DNA from: an uncultured Anaerolineaceae bacterium
Lineage (GTDB): Bacteria > Chloroflexota > Anaerolineae > Anaerolineales > Anaerolineaceae
Assembly (NCBI GenBank): GCA_964535315.1
Contig: CAZHTS010000003.1
Coordinates: 1-64,000 of the forward strand
Length of the DNA stretch: 64,000 bases
Reading direction: 5' to 3'
Shown piece after piece: positions 6,979 through 18,700 of this stretch (position 1 is its first letter; the number at the start of each line of letters is the position of its first letter). Made by a program: the position numbers and the translations under genes. The notes below the pieces were generated by a model. The model worked only from the letters and a program-made list of their open reading frames with translations, did no database searches and had not been told where the DNA came from.

Positions 6979-8814
6979 ATGAACACCACCATTTTTGTAG
7001 CGGTTATCGTGATCGGCCTGTTGATTCTGACGCTGGTCCTGATACCCGGTTTGCTCGGCCTGGTTATCATCAGCGAACGCCAGGTCGGCGTCGTCGTCAA
7101 GAAATTCTCAACCGGCAAGCCCCTTGCCCCAGGACGCCTGGTGGCGTTGGACGGCGAAGCCGGTTACCAGGCCGATACCCTCACCCCGGGCTGGCACTTT
7201 TTCATGTGGCCGTGGCAGTACGTCGTCCACAAGGTGCCCGTTATCGTCATCCCGCAGGGCGAGATTGGCCTGATCGTGGCCGCCGACGGCGACCCCATCC
7301 CGGCCGAACGCATCCTCGGCCGGGCGGTCGAGTGTGACAACTTCCAGGACGCCCGCAAGTTCTTGCTCCACCACGGCGAAAAAGGCCGCCAGATGAGCAT
7401 CCTCACCGCCGGCACCTATCGTATCAATACCGCATTGTTTAACGTCATCATGACTGCCAATGCCAACGCTCAGGGGATGTCGCCCGAACAGCTCAAAGTC
7501 TATCGCGTCGAGCCCGACCGGGTCGGCATCGTCACCCTCATGGACGGCGCCCCGATCGACACCGGCGAAATCGCCGGCCCGATCATCGAAGGCCACGACA
7601 ATTTCCAGAAAGGCCAGCTCTTCCTGGATCACGGCGGGCGGCGCGGTTTGCAGGAACAAATCCTGCTCTCCGGCTCGTGGAACCTCAACCCCTGGTTCGT
7701 CCAGGTCGAGCAGGTACCCATGACCGAAATCCCCATCGGTTACGTCGGTGTGGTCATCTCCTACGTCGGGAAAGCGCACGAAGACGTCAGCGGCGTGGAT
7801 TTCAAACACGGCGATCTGGTCAAAGAAGGCCATAAGGGTGTGTGGGTCACCCCGCTCTACCCCGGCAAGCACCCGATCAACACCCGCATCATGGAGGTCG
7901 AACTGATCCCGACCACCAACATCGTGCTCAACTGGGCCAACCGCACCGAATCGCACCAGTACGACGCCAAGCTCTCCTCCATCACCGTGCGCTCCAAAGA
8001 CGGTTTTGCCTTCAACCTGGACGTGGCCCAGATCATCCACGTCGGCGCCCTGGACGCCCCCAAGGTCATCTCGCGCGTCGGCTCGATGCAAAACCTGGTC
8101 GACCACGTCCTGCAACCCATCGTCGGCAACTACTTCCGCAACGCCGCCCAGACCAACACCGTGTTGGACTTCCTCAGCGCCCGCAGCGAGCGCCAGGCCG
8201 AAGCCGCCGAACACATCCGCCGGGCGCTCAATGCCTACGACGTACAGGCCATCGACACCCTCATCGGCGACATCAACCCGCCCGAAGACCTGATGCAGAC
8301 CCTCACCGACCGCAAGATCGCCGAGGAACAGCGCAAGACCTTCGAGACCCAGGAAGCCGCCCAAAAGCAGCGCCAGCAGTTGGTGCGTGAAACGGCCAAC
8401 GCCGACATCCAGGGCGAAATGGTGCGCTCTGAACAGGGCGTGCGCATCGCCGAACTTCAGGCCAACGCCCAGATCAAACAGGCCACCGGTGAAGCCGAGT
8501 CCATGCGTCTGCGCGCCTCGGCCGACTCGGACTCGATCCGCCTGCGCGCCACCGGCGAGTCCGAAGCCATCCGCATGACGGGTGAGGCTCGCGCCGGCGC
8601 CTACCAGGCCGGTGTGAAAGCGGTGGGCTCCGAAAACTACACCGCCATCCAGCTCATCCAGGCCATCGGGGAACGCAACGTGCGTATCATCCCCGAGATC
8701 CTCGTCAACGGCGCCGGCGCCAACGCCGGTCTGGCCGACGGATTGATCGCCCTCATCTTGCGCAACCAGATGCTGGACAAGAACCCGCCCACCACGGACA
8801 AACCACAGGCATAA
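6979..8814 (+). CDS. SPFH/band-7 family protein, flotillin-like (YqiK-type) with a long C-terminal coiled coil
   Basis: N-terminal TM helix, SPFH core, then an extended E/A/Q/R-rich coiled coil (EEQRKTFETQEAAQKQRQQLVRETANADIQGEM...) typical of bacterial flotillins. RBS AGGAGA lies upstream of the ATG. Confidence 0.85.
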   Translation: MNTTIFVAVIVIGLLILTLVLIPGLLGLVIISERQVGVVVKKFSTGKPLAPGRLVALDGEAGYQADTLTPGWHFFMWPWQYVVHKVPVIVIPQGEIGLIVAADGDPIPAERILGRAVECDNFQDARKFLLHHGEKGRQMSILTAGTYRINTALFNVIMTANANAQGMSPEQLKVYRVEPDRVGIVTLMDGAPIDTGEIAGPIIEGHDNFQKGQLFLDHGGRRGLQEQILLSGSWNLNPWFVQVEQVPMTEIPIGYVGVVISYVGKAHEDVSGVDFKHGDLVKEGHKGVWVTPLYPGKHPINTRIMEVELIPTTNIVLNWANRTESHQYDAKLSSITVRSKDGFAFNLDVAQIIHVGALDAPKVISRVGSMQNLVDHVLQPIVGNYFRNAAQTNTVLDFLSARSERQAEAAEHIRRALNAYDVQAIDTLIGDINPPEDLMQTLTDRKIAEEQRKTFETQEAAQKQRQQLVRETANADIQGEMVRSEQGVRIAELQANAQIKQATGEAESMRLRASADSDSIRLRATGESEAIRMTGEARAGAYQAGVKAVGSENYTAIQLIQAIGERNVRIIPEILVNGAGANAGLADGLIALILRNQMLDKNPPTTDKPQA

Positions 8815-8839
8815 ACCCTGTCTGATAGACAGAATGAAA

Positions 8840-8878
8840 CCTGGCGCCGCATTTCTGGGCGCCAGGTTTTTTATTTTT
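8840..8878 (+). terminator. Rho-independent terminator after the flotillin gene
   Basis: Stem CCTGGCGCC / GGCGCCAGG with a 9-nt loop, followed by TTTTTTATTTTT. Confidence 0.6.
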
Positions 8879-9122
8879 CCATCCGCCTGAGCCCGAATTC
8901 AAATCACACAAACCGGTATTTAAACGCTCACCCACGCCAGTTCCTGTGGAATAAGAGTTGTGTGGAGGCTGTTTTACCATCCAGGTGATAGAATTGAAGC
9001 ATTCCACCAGTGGCACTCCATGGGCCGCAGTCACAAAAAGCCCACCCCCTAAAACCTTTTGTGCCCTTTACAAATGCCTTTTGCTGGCTCGTCAGAATTG
9101 CAACCCATGATTTAGAGGCGAT

Positions 9123-12100
9123 ATGACTCACAAATGGATATCCGGCCTGTTGATGGCTGCTCTGCAACTTCAGCCCTTCCTGTCGCAACCTTCAACCGCC
9201 AACCCGGCAAACGCGTCCCCAATGCACGCCAGCCTGCCTGCTGCCAGTGCAGATTGGACATTCAATATTAACAATCAGGGCGTAGGACGCAACATTATAA
9301 CCGCCGATATAAATGGCGACGGCTTCTCGGATGCGATTGTAGGCGCGAATGAGTACAGCAACTATCGCGGGGCGGTTTACGGATTCTACGGCTCGGCAAA
9401 CGGGCTGAACGCCACCCCTGACTGGTCGCTAGAGGGCGAAAATTCGTACGACTCCTTTGGGGCAGCCCTGGCCAACGCCGGCGATGTCAACGGCGACGGT
9501 TATGCCGACCTGCTCGTCGGCGCCGGCAACTACCCCGGCGGCACGACCTACACCGGCAAGGTCTATCTGTATTACGGTTCTGCCAGCGGACCGGAGCATT
9601 CCCCCGCCTGGGAAAAAACAGGGGAAGATGAAGGCTCGCGCCTGGGCTCTGCGCTGAGCGGCGTCGGCGACCTTAACGCCGATGGTTTTGGCGATGTGAT
9701 CATCGGCGCACCGGGATACGGTGGCTCATTATGGCATGGCCGCGCCTATACCTACCTCGGTTCCGCAGATGGCCTGCCGGCCAACGCCAGCCAGGTGTTG
9801 ACCGGCACGGCGCAAAACGAAATGGTCGGCAATATCGTCGCCCGCGCCGGAGACGTCAACGCCGACGGATTTGCCGACGTCGTCCTCTCCACCAGCAGCC
9901 AGGCGTATACCCGCAAAACACTCCTGTATCAAGGCGGCCCAGACGGGCTGGACGAAACGCCGGCCTGGACAATCACCAATGAACAGGCCGGCTACATGAC
10001 CCCGTCGGGGGCCGGTGATCTCAACGGGGACGGCTATGCCGACATCGCCGTGGTTGCCGAAACCAGCGCACAGGTCTATTTCGGCGCTGCCGGTGGGCCG
10101 CCAACCTCCCCGGGCTGGACGGTTGCCATCGCCAATAATCATTGTCAGATCCCAGGTGGCAATGGCGACGTCAATGGCGATGGCTACGCCGACCTGGCGA
10201 TCAGCGACCGCTGTTATACCCAGGGTGAAACCTACGAAGGCACGGTCGCACTTTACCTGGGTTCATCCGGCGGACTCGCCAGCACTGCCGCCTGGACGGC
10301 CGAGGGCAATCACACCCACATGCAAATGGGCGCCTCTATCAATATCTCAGGAGATATCAACGGCGACGGTTACTCAGATATTTTGACCGGCGCCTACGAC
10401 TTCAATTTTTCAACCACACCGGTTTTGCAAGAAGGCAAAATTTTTGCTTTTCACGGCGCCCCTGATTTTCTCGCCGCTCAGGCTGACTGGAGCGTAGGAG
10501 GCGGGCAGACCTCTGCTCACCTGGGACAGAGCGTCAGTCAGGCTGGTGATGTCAACGGTGACGGTTTTGACGACGTCCTGATCGCTGCTCCCACTTTTGA
10601 CAACGAGCAAGCAGATGAGGGCCGGGTATACCTGTATGCTGGCTCAGCATCAGGGTTGAATGCTGCCCCGGCCTGGAGTGGCGAAGGCAACCAGCCCGGC
10701 GCACAATACGGCAGTGCCGTCAACGCTGCCGGCGATGTAAACGGCGATGGGTTTGCAGACGTTGCCATCGGCGCCCCTTATTTCGATCATGGCCAGGACG
10801 ATGAGGGGGTAGCGGTGGTATACGCTGGCTCGGCGACGGGTTTACAGTCCAGCCCGCTCTGGAGCGTCGAAGGAGATCAGGCCGCTTCTCATCTGGGTAG
10901 TTCACTGGCCTCCGCAGGCGACGTCAACGGGGATGGCTTCGCCGATTTAGTGGTCGGCGCACCCGGCTACAATAATGTCGGACAGGCGCGCCTGTACCTG
11001 GGCGCTGAAACCGGCCTGAGCGCCGTTCCAACCTGGACGGCCAACGGTGTGCAGACCGGTGAAGCGTTTGGTTCTTCAGTCGGCAGCGCTGGCGACGTCA
11101 ACGGCGACGGTTTTGCCGATGTCCTGATCGGCGCCGCGCAGGCCAGCAACGGCGAAAACACCGAGGGCAAAGCGCTGCTCTATCTGGGCTCGGCCGCGGG
11201 CCTCAGCGCCACGCCGGCCTGGACAGTGGAAGGCAATCTGGCTGGCGCTGGCTGCGGTGCGGCGGTCGGCAGCGCCGGAGACGTCAACGGCGACGGCTTT
11301 GCCGATCTACTCATCGGCTGTCCGGGGTATAGCAACGAGCAGACCAACGAGGGACGCGTCTACATTTACTCCGGCTCCAGCGGGGGCCCCGGCAGCCTCT
11401 CATTCAATACCATCGAAATCAACCAGGAAAATGCCTGTTTCGGCATATCGGTATCCACCGCCGGGGATGTCAACGGAGATGGCCTGAGCGAAATTGTGAT
11501 CGGTGCACACCGCTTTAGCAGCGGTCAGACAAACGAGGGGGCCGCGTTCCTTTACCGGGCCCAGGGCAGCCCTGTCTGGGGACTGGCCAGCGACCAGGAT
11601 AACGCCTTCCAGGGTGTGTCGGTCAGCAGTGCGGGCGACGTCAACGGTGATGGATACAATGACGTCATCATTGGCGCCAGCGGTTACACGGCCGGTCAGA
11701 GCGAGGAAGGGCGCGCAACGGTCTATTACGGCAACGCCAGGCCCGGCCTGCCGCTTGCGCTGCGCATGTACCAGCCCGATCGCACCCCCTTGCCCCTCTA
11801 CGGGGTATCCACCAGCCCCGACTCGCTGCAACTATCCTTCCTGGGGCGCAGCCCATGGGGCCGCAGCAAGGCCAGGCTCGAATGGGAAATCAAGCCGGCC
11901 GGCGTTCCCCTGGATGCCGCCGGCCTGGAAAGCACCCCAACCTTCGTGGACACGGGTCTCAACGAATATCTTTTCGAGCCCCTGCTCTCCGGTCTGAGCA
12001 AGAACACGGCATATCACTGGCGTGTTCGCCTGTGGTACGATCCCATTACCACCCCCGGCCAGCCCCACAGCCGCTGGTTCAGCCCCCCTCAAAACGGATG

Positions 12101-12509
12101 GGCGCAGCCCGATTTCCGTACTGCGGACCTACCAATAGAACTCGAATTCGATCAGGCTGCTTATACCTCCACAGAAAGTAGCGGCGCAGTTACTATCCGG
12201 GTGCAGATCAGCAAACCCCCAGAACAAGACGTGCACATTCAATACCACACTGAAGATGGAAGCGCCCTGGCTGGCAACGATTATGCCGCCGCCAGCGGAA
12301 CATTGACTTTCGTTGCCGGTGCGACGGCCAGTCAGGCTATTTCCATTCAAATCATTCGTGATTTTGAGCATGAGACGGACGAAACGTTCACCCTGGTGTT
12401 GAGTGGTATCACCCCGTCAGGCGCCGCCCGTGTCGCCGGCACCAACCCCGTCCAGATCACCCTCACCGACAGCCCACAGACCATCTACCTGCCATTTAAC
12501 CTGCGTTGA
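9123..12509 (+). CDS. Secreted FG-GAP (integrin-alpha-like) repeat protein with a C-terminal Calx-beta domain
   Basis: Signal-peptide-like N-terminus. At least 14 repeats of the ...GDVNGDGFADV/L..G.P... FG-GAP calcium-binding motif. The C-terminus (IELEFDQAAYTSTESSGAVTIRVQIS...YHTEDGSALAGNDYAAASGTLTFVAGATASQAISIQIIRDFEHETDETFTLVLSG) matches Calx-beta. Confidence 0.85.
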   Translation: MTHKWISGLLMAALQLQPFLSQPSTANPANASPMHASLPAASADWTFNINNQGVGRNIITADINGDGFSDAIVGANEYSNYRGAVYGFYGSANGLNATPDWSLEGENSYDSFGAALANAGDVNGDGYADLLVGAGNYPGGTTYTGKVYLYYGSASGPEHSPAWEKTGEDEGSRLGSALSGVGDLNADGFGDVIIGAPGYGGSLWHGRAYTYLGSADGLPANASQVLTGTAQNEMVGNIVARAGDVNADGFADVVLSTSSQAYTRKTLLYQGGPDGLDETPAWTITNEQAGYMTPSGAGDLNGDGYADIAVVAETSAQVYFGAAGGPPTSPGWTVAIANNHCQIPGGNGDVNGDGYADLAISDRCYTQGETYEGTVALYLGSSGGLASTAAWTAEGNHTHMQMGASINISGDINGDGYSDILTGAYDFNFSTTPVLQEGKIFAFHGAPDFLAAQADWSVGGGQTSAHLGQSVSQAGDVNGDGFDDVLIAAPTFDNEQADEGRVYLYAGSASGLNAAPAWSGEGNQPGAQYGSAVNAAGDVNGDGFADVAIGAPYFDHGQDDEGVAVVYAGSATGLQSSPLWSVEGDQAASHLGSSLASAGDVNGDGFADLVVGAPGYNNVGQARLYLGAETGLSAVPTWTANGVQTGEAFGSSVGSAGDVNGDGFADVLIGAAQASNGENTEGKALLYLGSAAGLSATPAWTVEGNLAGAGCGAAVGSAGDVNGDGFADLLIGCPGYSNEQTNEGRVYIYSGSSGGPGSLSFNTIEINQENACFGISVSTAGDVNGDGLSEIVIGAHRFSSGQTNEGAAFLYRAQGSPVWGLASDQDNAFQGVSVSSAGDVNGDGYNDVIIGASGYTAGQSEEGRATVYYGNARPGLPLALRMYQPDRTPLPLYGVSTSPDSLQLSFLGRSPWGRSKARLEWEIKPAGVPLDAAGLESTPTFVDTGLNEYLFEPLLSGLSKNTAYHWRVRLWYDPITTPGQPHSRWFSPPQNGWAQPDFRTADLPIELEFDQAAYTSTESSGAVTIRVQISKPPEQDVHIQYHTEDGSALAGNDYAAASGTLTFVAGATASQAISIQIIRDFEHETDETFTLVLSGITPSGAARVAGTNPVQITLTDSPQTIYLPFNLR
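9280..11520 (+). repeat. Intragenic tandem DNA repeats (~190-200 bp period) encoding the FG-GAP modules
   Basis: Recurrent near-identical cores such as gacgtcaacggcgacggttttgccgat / gatgtcaacggcgacgg at a regular spacing throughout the gene. Confidence 0.6.
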
Positions 12510-12721
12510 GCGTAACAGCCACCACACAAGCCTAAAAATGGCCGCCGGAAGGTTTCTTTCCCGGCGACCGTCAAACGCCTCCACAACCGGCCGATTTTCC
12601 TTCGTAAACCGGGAACGAACCATCGATCATTTCCGTCTATAAAATAGAACCAGGCTGTTTCTGGTTCCATCCGGCGCCCATTCGGATACAATAAAGATAT
12701 ATGGAGAAGGAGGGTCCAGCC

Positions 12722-15700
12722 ATGAGCAATCAACCTCAACGCACAAACACTCGCTTACCAGTTCTCGCCCTGTTACTGGTATTGTTCATCTGCCTTATTG
12801 TGGCAGGTGGTGCAGCCTATTTCTTGCTACGCAACCGCATGTCGCTGCCATTCTCGCCCACCGGCACGCAGCAGATTCCGGTCAACCTTTTACCTGCCAA
12901 TAATACTGGAGGTGCAGTTGTGACGCAAACCGTCGAAAGTGGCGCTCCGCTTCAGTTGAGCGAAGGCCAGGCCCAGCCTGAAACGGTCCAACGGCTGCCG
13001 GTCGCCACCGGTGAGCCGCTCAGCCAGGCACAGGTCGATCAAATTCTGGCGCGCCTGCCAACCCTGGTCCCGCAGCCCGGCCAGCAGACCGACTTCAAGC
13101 TGGCGCAGCAGCCCATCCCCCCGCCGCGGCCGGGGACAACGGTGCAGGGCGCTTTTCCTCCCCCCACACAGCCCCCACCCCCCGACCCGGCCAGCGCCGG
13201 CCCCTTACAGGTGCTGCGCTTTGCCCCCGAAGGGGAAATCCCCACTGCCCCTTTTATTTCGGTCACCTTCAACCAGCCGATGGTGCCGCTCACGACTCTG
13301 GCAGACCTGTCCGCCCGCGACGTTCCCGTGCGCGTTGAACCGCCCCTGGAAGGCACCTGGCGCTGGATCGGCGTCAAAACGCTGACTTTTGAATACGACT
13401 CGGCGCTGATCGACCGCCTGCCCAAGGCCACCGAATATCACATTTCGGTGCCGGCCGGCACACGCTCGCAGACCGGCGGTGTACTGGCAGAAACGGTCGA
13501 ATGGAAATTTACCACCCCGCCGCCCAGGGTTGTCGCCACCTATCCGCCCGACAGCCCGCAGCCTTTGAAGCCGCTGTTCTTCATTCAATTTGACCAGCGC
13601 ATCGACCCGGCCGCCGTACTGAAAACCATCCAGGTCAACGCCGGCGGGCAGCCCGTCGCCCTTCAACTGGCCGGTGAAGAAGAAACCCAGGTCGACAAGG
13701 GCGTCAGCCGCATGATCAAAAACGCCGCCGCCGGGCGCTGGCTGGCCTTCCGCGCCGTCCAGCCCCTCCCTGCCGATACCGGCATCGCCGTCACCATCGG
13801 GCCCGGCACCCCTTCAGCCGAAGGCCCTCTGCTCACTAAAGAAGCACAGACCTACGGTTTTCGCACCTACGCCCCGCTGCGCATCGAAAGCCACGGCTGC
13901 TCCTGGACGGACGAGAACACCTGCCGGCCACTCTCACCCTTCTATATTCGTTTTAACAACAATATCGATGTCTCCTCTTATGCCGAGAGCATGCTGCACA
14001 TTGCCCCTGAACTGGCCGGCGTCTCGGCCAATATCTACGGCAACACCATCACCATTAAAGGCGCCACCCAGGGGCAGACCACCTACACCGTCGATCTGAG
14101 CGGCAAAATCAAAGACGTTTTTGGGCAGGAATTAGGACAGGATGCCCGCCTGACCTTCCAGGTTGGCAAGGCCGAAGCGGTGCTATTTGGCCCCAAACAG
14201 GGCTTTGTCACCATTGACCCCTTTGCCGGCAAACCGCAGTTCTCGGTCTACACTATTAACTACACGAAGTTAAACGTGCAGATTTACGCCGTACAGCCCA
14301 GCGACTGGCCAGCTTACAAACAATACCTGCGCGATTTCCAGCGCAATGATGTCAAAACGACCCCGCCCGGCCGCCGGGTATTCAATAAAGCCATCAACAT
14401 CGAAGCCGAGAGCGACGCCCTGATCGAAACCGGCATCGATCTGAGCCCCTACATGGACGGCAGTTTCGGGCACTTTGTCGTCATCGTCGAACCGCCTACC
14501 GGCTGGTTCCAGCAAAAAGAGTACTGGCGCACGGTACAATCCTGGGTGCAGATCACGCAGGTTGGCCTGGACGCTTTCGTCGATCACAGCGACATGGTCG
14601 TATGGGCCACCTCCCTTAAAGATGGCGCCCCGTTGAGCGGCATCGACATCGCCGCCGAAACATCCGGCAAACAGGCCGCCACCGGCAGCGACGGTCTCGC
14701 CCGCTTTGCCATCCCCAACAACGCCTCATACCTGGTAGCCAGCAGCGGCGCCGATAAGGCCCTGCTGCCACGCTCCACCGCTTTCTGGAGCGACGAAACC
14801 TGGGCCGCCCGACCGGTGCTCGATACACTGCGCTGGTACGTTTTCGACGACCGCCAGATGTACCGCCCTGGTGAAGAGATCCACATCAAGGGCTGGATGC
14901 GCCGCATCGGCGGCAAACAAAACGGCGACGTTGGCCCATCCACCGGTATTACCGCCGTCAACTATCGCATCACCGAACCGCAGGGCAACGAAATCGGCAC
15001 CGGGCGCGCCGAAGTCAACGCCCTGGGCGGCTTCGACTTTGCCTTCACCCTGCCCGAGGCCGTCAACCTGGGCAACGCCAGCATCTATATCTACGGCGAA
15101 GGCAATCTGGGCAACCTGGAAGGCAACCAGTATTACCACAGCTTCCAGATCCAGGAATTCCGCCGGCCAGAGTTTGAGGTCAAGGCCAGCAACGAGACGC
15201 CCGGCCCGTACTTCGCCGGCGATCATACCAACGCCCTGGTCGAAGCCAGATACTATGCCGGCGGCCCGCTGCCGGGCGCCGAGGTCAGTTGGCAGGTAAC
15301 CACCGCACCGGGCAGCTACACACCGCCCAACTGGTCTGATTTTACCTTTGGCACCTGGCAGCCCTGGTGGTTCTACGGGTGGGGCGATGGCGGATCAAGC
15401 GAAGGCGGCCAGACCGAAACGTTTAACGGACGCACCGACGCTGCCGGTGTGCACCGCCTGCGCCTGGATTTCAACCAGAACCTTGGCCCGCGGCCGCTCA
15501 GCGTGGTGGCGTCGGCCGCCGTCATGGACGTCAACCGCCAGGCCTGGGGCGCCACCACCACCCTGCTGGTCCATCCCGCCAGCCTGTACGTGGGCATGCG
15601 CAGCGAACGCTATTTCGTCGAACGCGGCACACCGCTCGAGATCGACCTGATCGTCACCAACCTGGACGGTAAGCCGGTGATCGACCGCCCGATCAAAGTG

Positions 15701-18700
15701 CGCGCGGCCCGCCTGGACTGGAAATATCACGGCGACCGCTGGGGTGAAGAAGAGGCCGACGTCCAGGAATGCACCGCCGGCTCGAAGAGTGAACCGGTCC
15801 GCTGCACCTTTGAGACCGCCCTCGGCGGCAGTTACCGTATCACCGCCGAGATCAGCGACGAACTGGGGCGCAAGAACCAGAGCCAGTTCATTCGCTGGGT
15901 CAGCGGTGGACAGCGACCGGCGGCGCGCAACGTCGAGCAGGAACAGGTCACGCTCATCCCGGATAAAGAAAGCTATCAGCCCGGTGACGTGGCCAACATC
16001 CTGGTACAGCCGCCCTTCAGCCCGGCCGAGGGTCTGCTGACCGTCAGCCGCAGTGGGCTGCTCTATACCGAGCGCTTCCAGGTTACTGAGGGCGCCGTTA
16101 CCCTCAAGATTCCCATCGCGGCCGGACACATCCCCAACCTGAACATCCAGGTCGATCTGACCGGTTCGGCCAACCGCCTGAACGAGCGCGGCGAAACCGT
16201 TGCCGGGGCACCGCGGCGGCCAGCCTACGCCACGGCCCAACTCACCCTCAACATTCCGCCCACACAGCGCAGGCTCACCCTCAGCGCCAACCTGGCGGCC
16301 GCCGAACTGGAGCCCGGTCAAGAGACCACCCTGGACGTGACCGTTAAGGACGCCGCCGGCCAGCCGGTGAGCGACGCCGAACTGGCCGTAGTGGTGGTGG
16401 ACGAAGCCATCCTGGCGCTGTCCAACTACAACATGGCCGACCCGCTGTTCACCTTCTACACCGCTCGCCCGGCGGAGCTGGAGAGCCTGTATGGGCGTGC
16501 CAGCATCCTCCTGGCCAACCCGCAGGAACTGGCCGAAGAAGCCCGCCAGAAGGCCAACGAGGCCGATGGTATGCTGGCCGGTGCTGCTGCTGTCCCCGCC
16601 CCGGCGATGGAAGCCGCCCCCACCATGGCGGCCATGGCCGACGAAGCCAAAGCCGGCGCTGCCGCTCCTCAGCCAATTCGCATGCGCATGGACTTCAACC
16701 CGCTGGCGACCTTCGCCCCTGCCACCCATACCAACGCCGACGGCACCGCCAGGGTGACGATCAAGCTGCCGGATAACCTGACACGCTATCGGGTCATGGT
16801 GGCGGCGGTTGACGGCGGAAGCGGCCGGCGCTTTGGCATCACCGAAAGCAACCTGGTCGCCCGCCTGCCGTTGATGGTGCGCCCGTCTGCCCCGCGCTTC
16901 CTGAACTTTGGCGACCGCTTCGAACTGCCGGTCGTGCTGCAAAACCAGACCGCCGAACCCCTGACGGTTGACGTGGCCGTGCGCGCCAGCAATCTCACCC
17001 TGACCGGCGCCGCCGGCCAGCGCGTGACCATCCCGGCCCGCGACCGGGTCGAAGTACGCTTCCCGGCCACCACGCAACTGGCCGGCACGGCCCGCTTCCA
17101 GGTCGCCGCCGTTTCTGGCAGCTACGCCGATGCCGCCACGGTCGAACTGCCGGTCTACACCCCGGCCACCACCGAAGCCTTCGCCACCTACGGCGTCATC
17201 GACGAGGGCAACACCGCTCAACCGGTAGCCGCCCTGAATGACATCTTCCCTCAATACGGTGGGCTGGAAATCAGCACCTCTTCCACTGCCCTGCAATCCC
17301 TCACCGACGCGGTGTTGTATCTGGTCGCTTACCCGTTTGAATGCACCGAGCAGTTATCTTCTCGCATCCTGGCCGTGGCCGCCCTGCGCGACGTCCTGAC
17401 CGCCTTCAAGGCCGAAGGGCTGCCTTCGGCCAGCGAGATGGAAGCAGCCGTGCAGCGGGACGTCGAACGACTGCAAGGGCTGCAAAACTCTGACGGCGGC
17501 TTCCCCTATTGGCGCAGAGGACAGGACTCGATCCCCTTCAACACCATCCATGTGGCCCACGCCCTGCAGCGCGCCGAGCTCAAAGGCTTCAAGGTGCCCG
17601 AAGAGATGAAACCCCGCCTGCTGCAATACCTGCGCCAGATCGAAAACTACTATCCCTCCTGGTACAGCCAGCACACCCGCCAGACGCTCAGCGCCTATGC
17701 CCTGTACGTCCGCCACCTGATGGGCGACCGCGATCCCGATAAGGCCATCCAACTGCTCGATGAGGCCGGGTTGGAAAACCTCGATCTGGATGCCGTGGGC
17801 TGGTTGTGGCAGGTGCTGCAAGACGCTCCCAACGCCGGCGCTCGCCTGGAGGCCATCCGTAAACACGTCAACAACCGTGTGGTAGAAACCGCCGGCGCGG
17901 CCAACTTCACCACCTCGTATGATGACCAGTCCTACCTGCTGCTCAACTCCGACCGCCGCACCGACGCCATTCTGCTGGAAGCGTTGATGATCGACGACCC
18001 CAAGAGCGACCTGACGCCCAAGGTGGTCAACGGGCTGCTGGCGCACCGCACCCGCGGCCGCTGGGGCAACACCCAGGAGAACGTCTTCGTTCTGCTGGCG
18101 CTGGATCGTTACTTCAACACCTACGAAGCACGTACCCCCGACTTCGTCGCCCGTATGTGGCTGGGAGACGCCTACGTCGGCGAGCACGCCTTCCGCGGCC
18201 GCACCACCGAACGCTACGAGGTCACCGTCCCCATGTCATACCTGGTCGATCAGACCGCTGCCGGAACGCAGAATCTGATCCTCAGCAAGGATGGCCCCGG
18301 CCGGATGTACTACCGTCTCGGTCTGCGCTATGCTCCCACCGATCTGGAACTGCCCCCGCTGGATATGGGCTTTACCGTCCAACGCGTCTACGAGGCCGTG
18401 GATGACCCCAAAGACGTTTCTCAGGACAGCGACGGTGTCTGGCACATCAAGGCCGGGGCGCGCGTGCGGGTGCGCCTGACGCTGGTCGCCGCCAACCGCC
18501 GCTACCATGTGGCCCTGGTCGACCCGCTGCCCGCCGGGCTGGAGATCGTCAACCCCGCCCTGGCCGTTTCCGGCAGTATTCCCCAGGATCCCAACGCCAG
18601 CGATTATTCCTACGGGTGGTGGTGGTGGCGCAGCTGGTTCGAACACCAGAACCTGCGCGACGAACGCGCCGAAGCCTTCACCTCGTTGCTGTGGGATGGC

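Noticed and set aside
7108-8364. Long antisense ORFs inside strongly supported genes (e.g. 7108..8364 -, 15395..17296 -, 58372..59328 +, 59746..60624 +, 60423..61484 +, 26881..27567 +, 33558..34886 +)
   Set aside because: They lie opposite genes with clear family signatures (flotillin, A2M, sortase-fusion, HlyD, GT4, C39/TPR), lack RBSs, and have Arg/Pro/Ala-rich low-complexity translations typical of stop-codon-poor antisense frames in high-GC DNA.
9070-9122. Possible sigma54 (-24/-12) promoter upstream of the FG-GAP gene (TGGCTC...TTGCA)
   Set aside because: The GG-to-GC spacing is 14 rather than 12 nt, and no EBP-type activator with an intact GAFTGA is present. The REC-AAA protein in this window lacks GAFTGA and an HTH.
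9280-11520. Regularly spaced direct repeats that might be a CRISPR array
   Set aside because: The repeats are ~195 bp apart, in frame, and encode FG-GAP calcium-binding motifs within a single ORF. The repeat-spacer geometry is wrong for CRISPR and there are no cas genes anywhere in the window.
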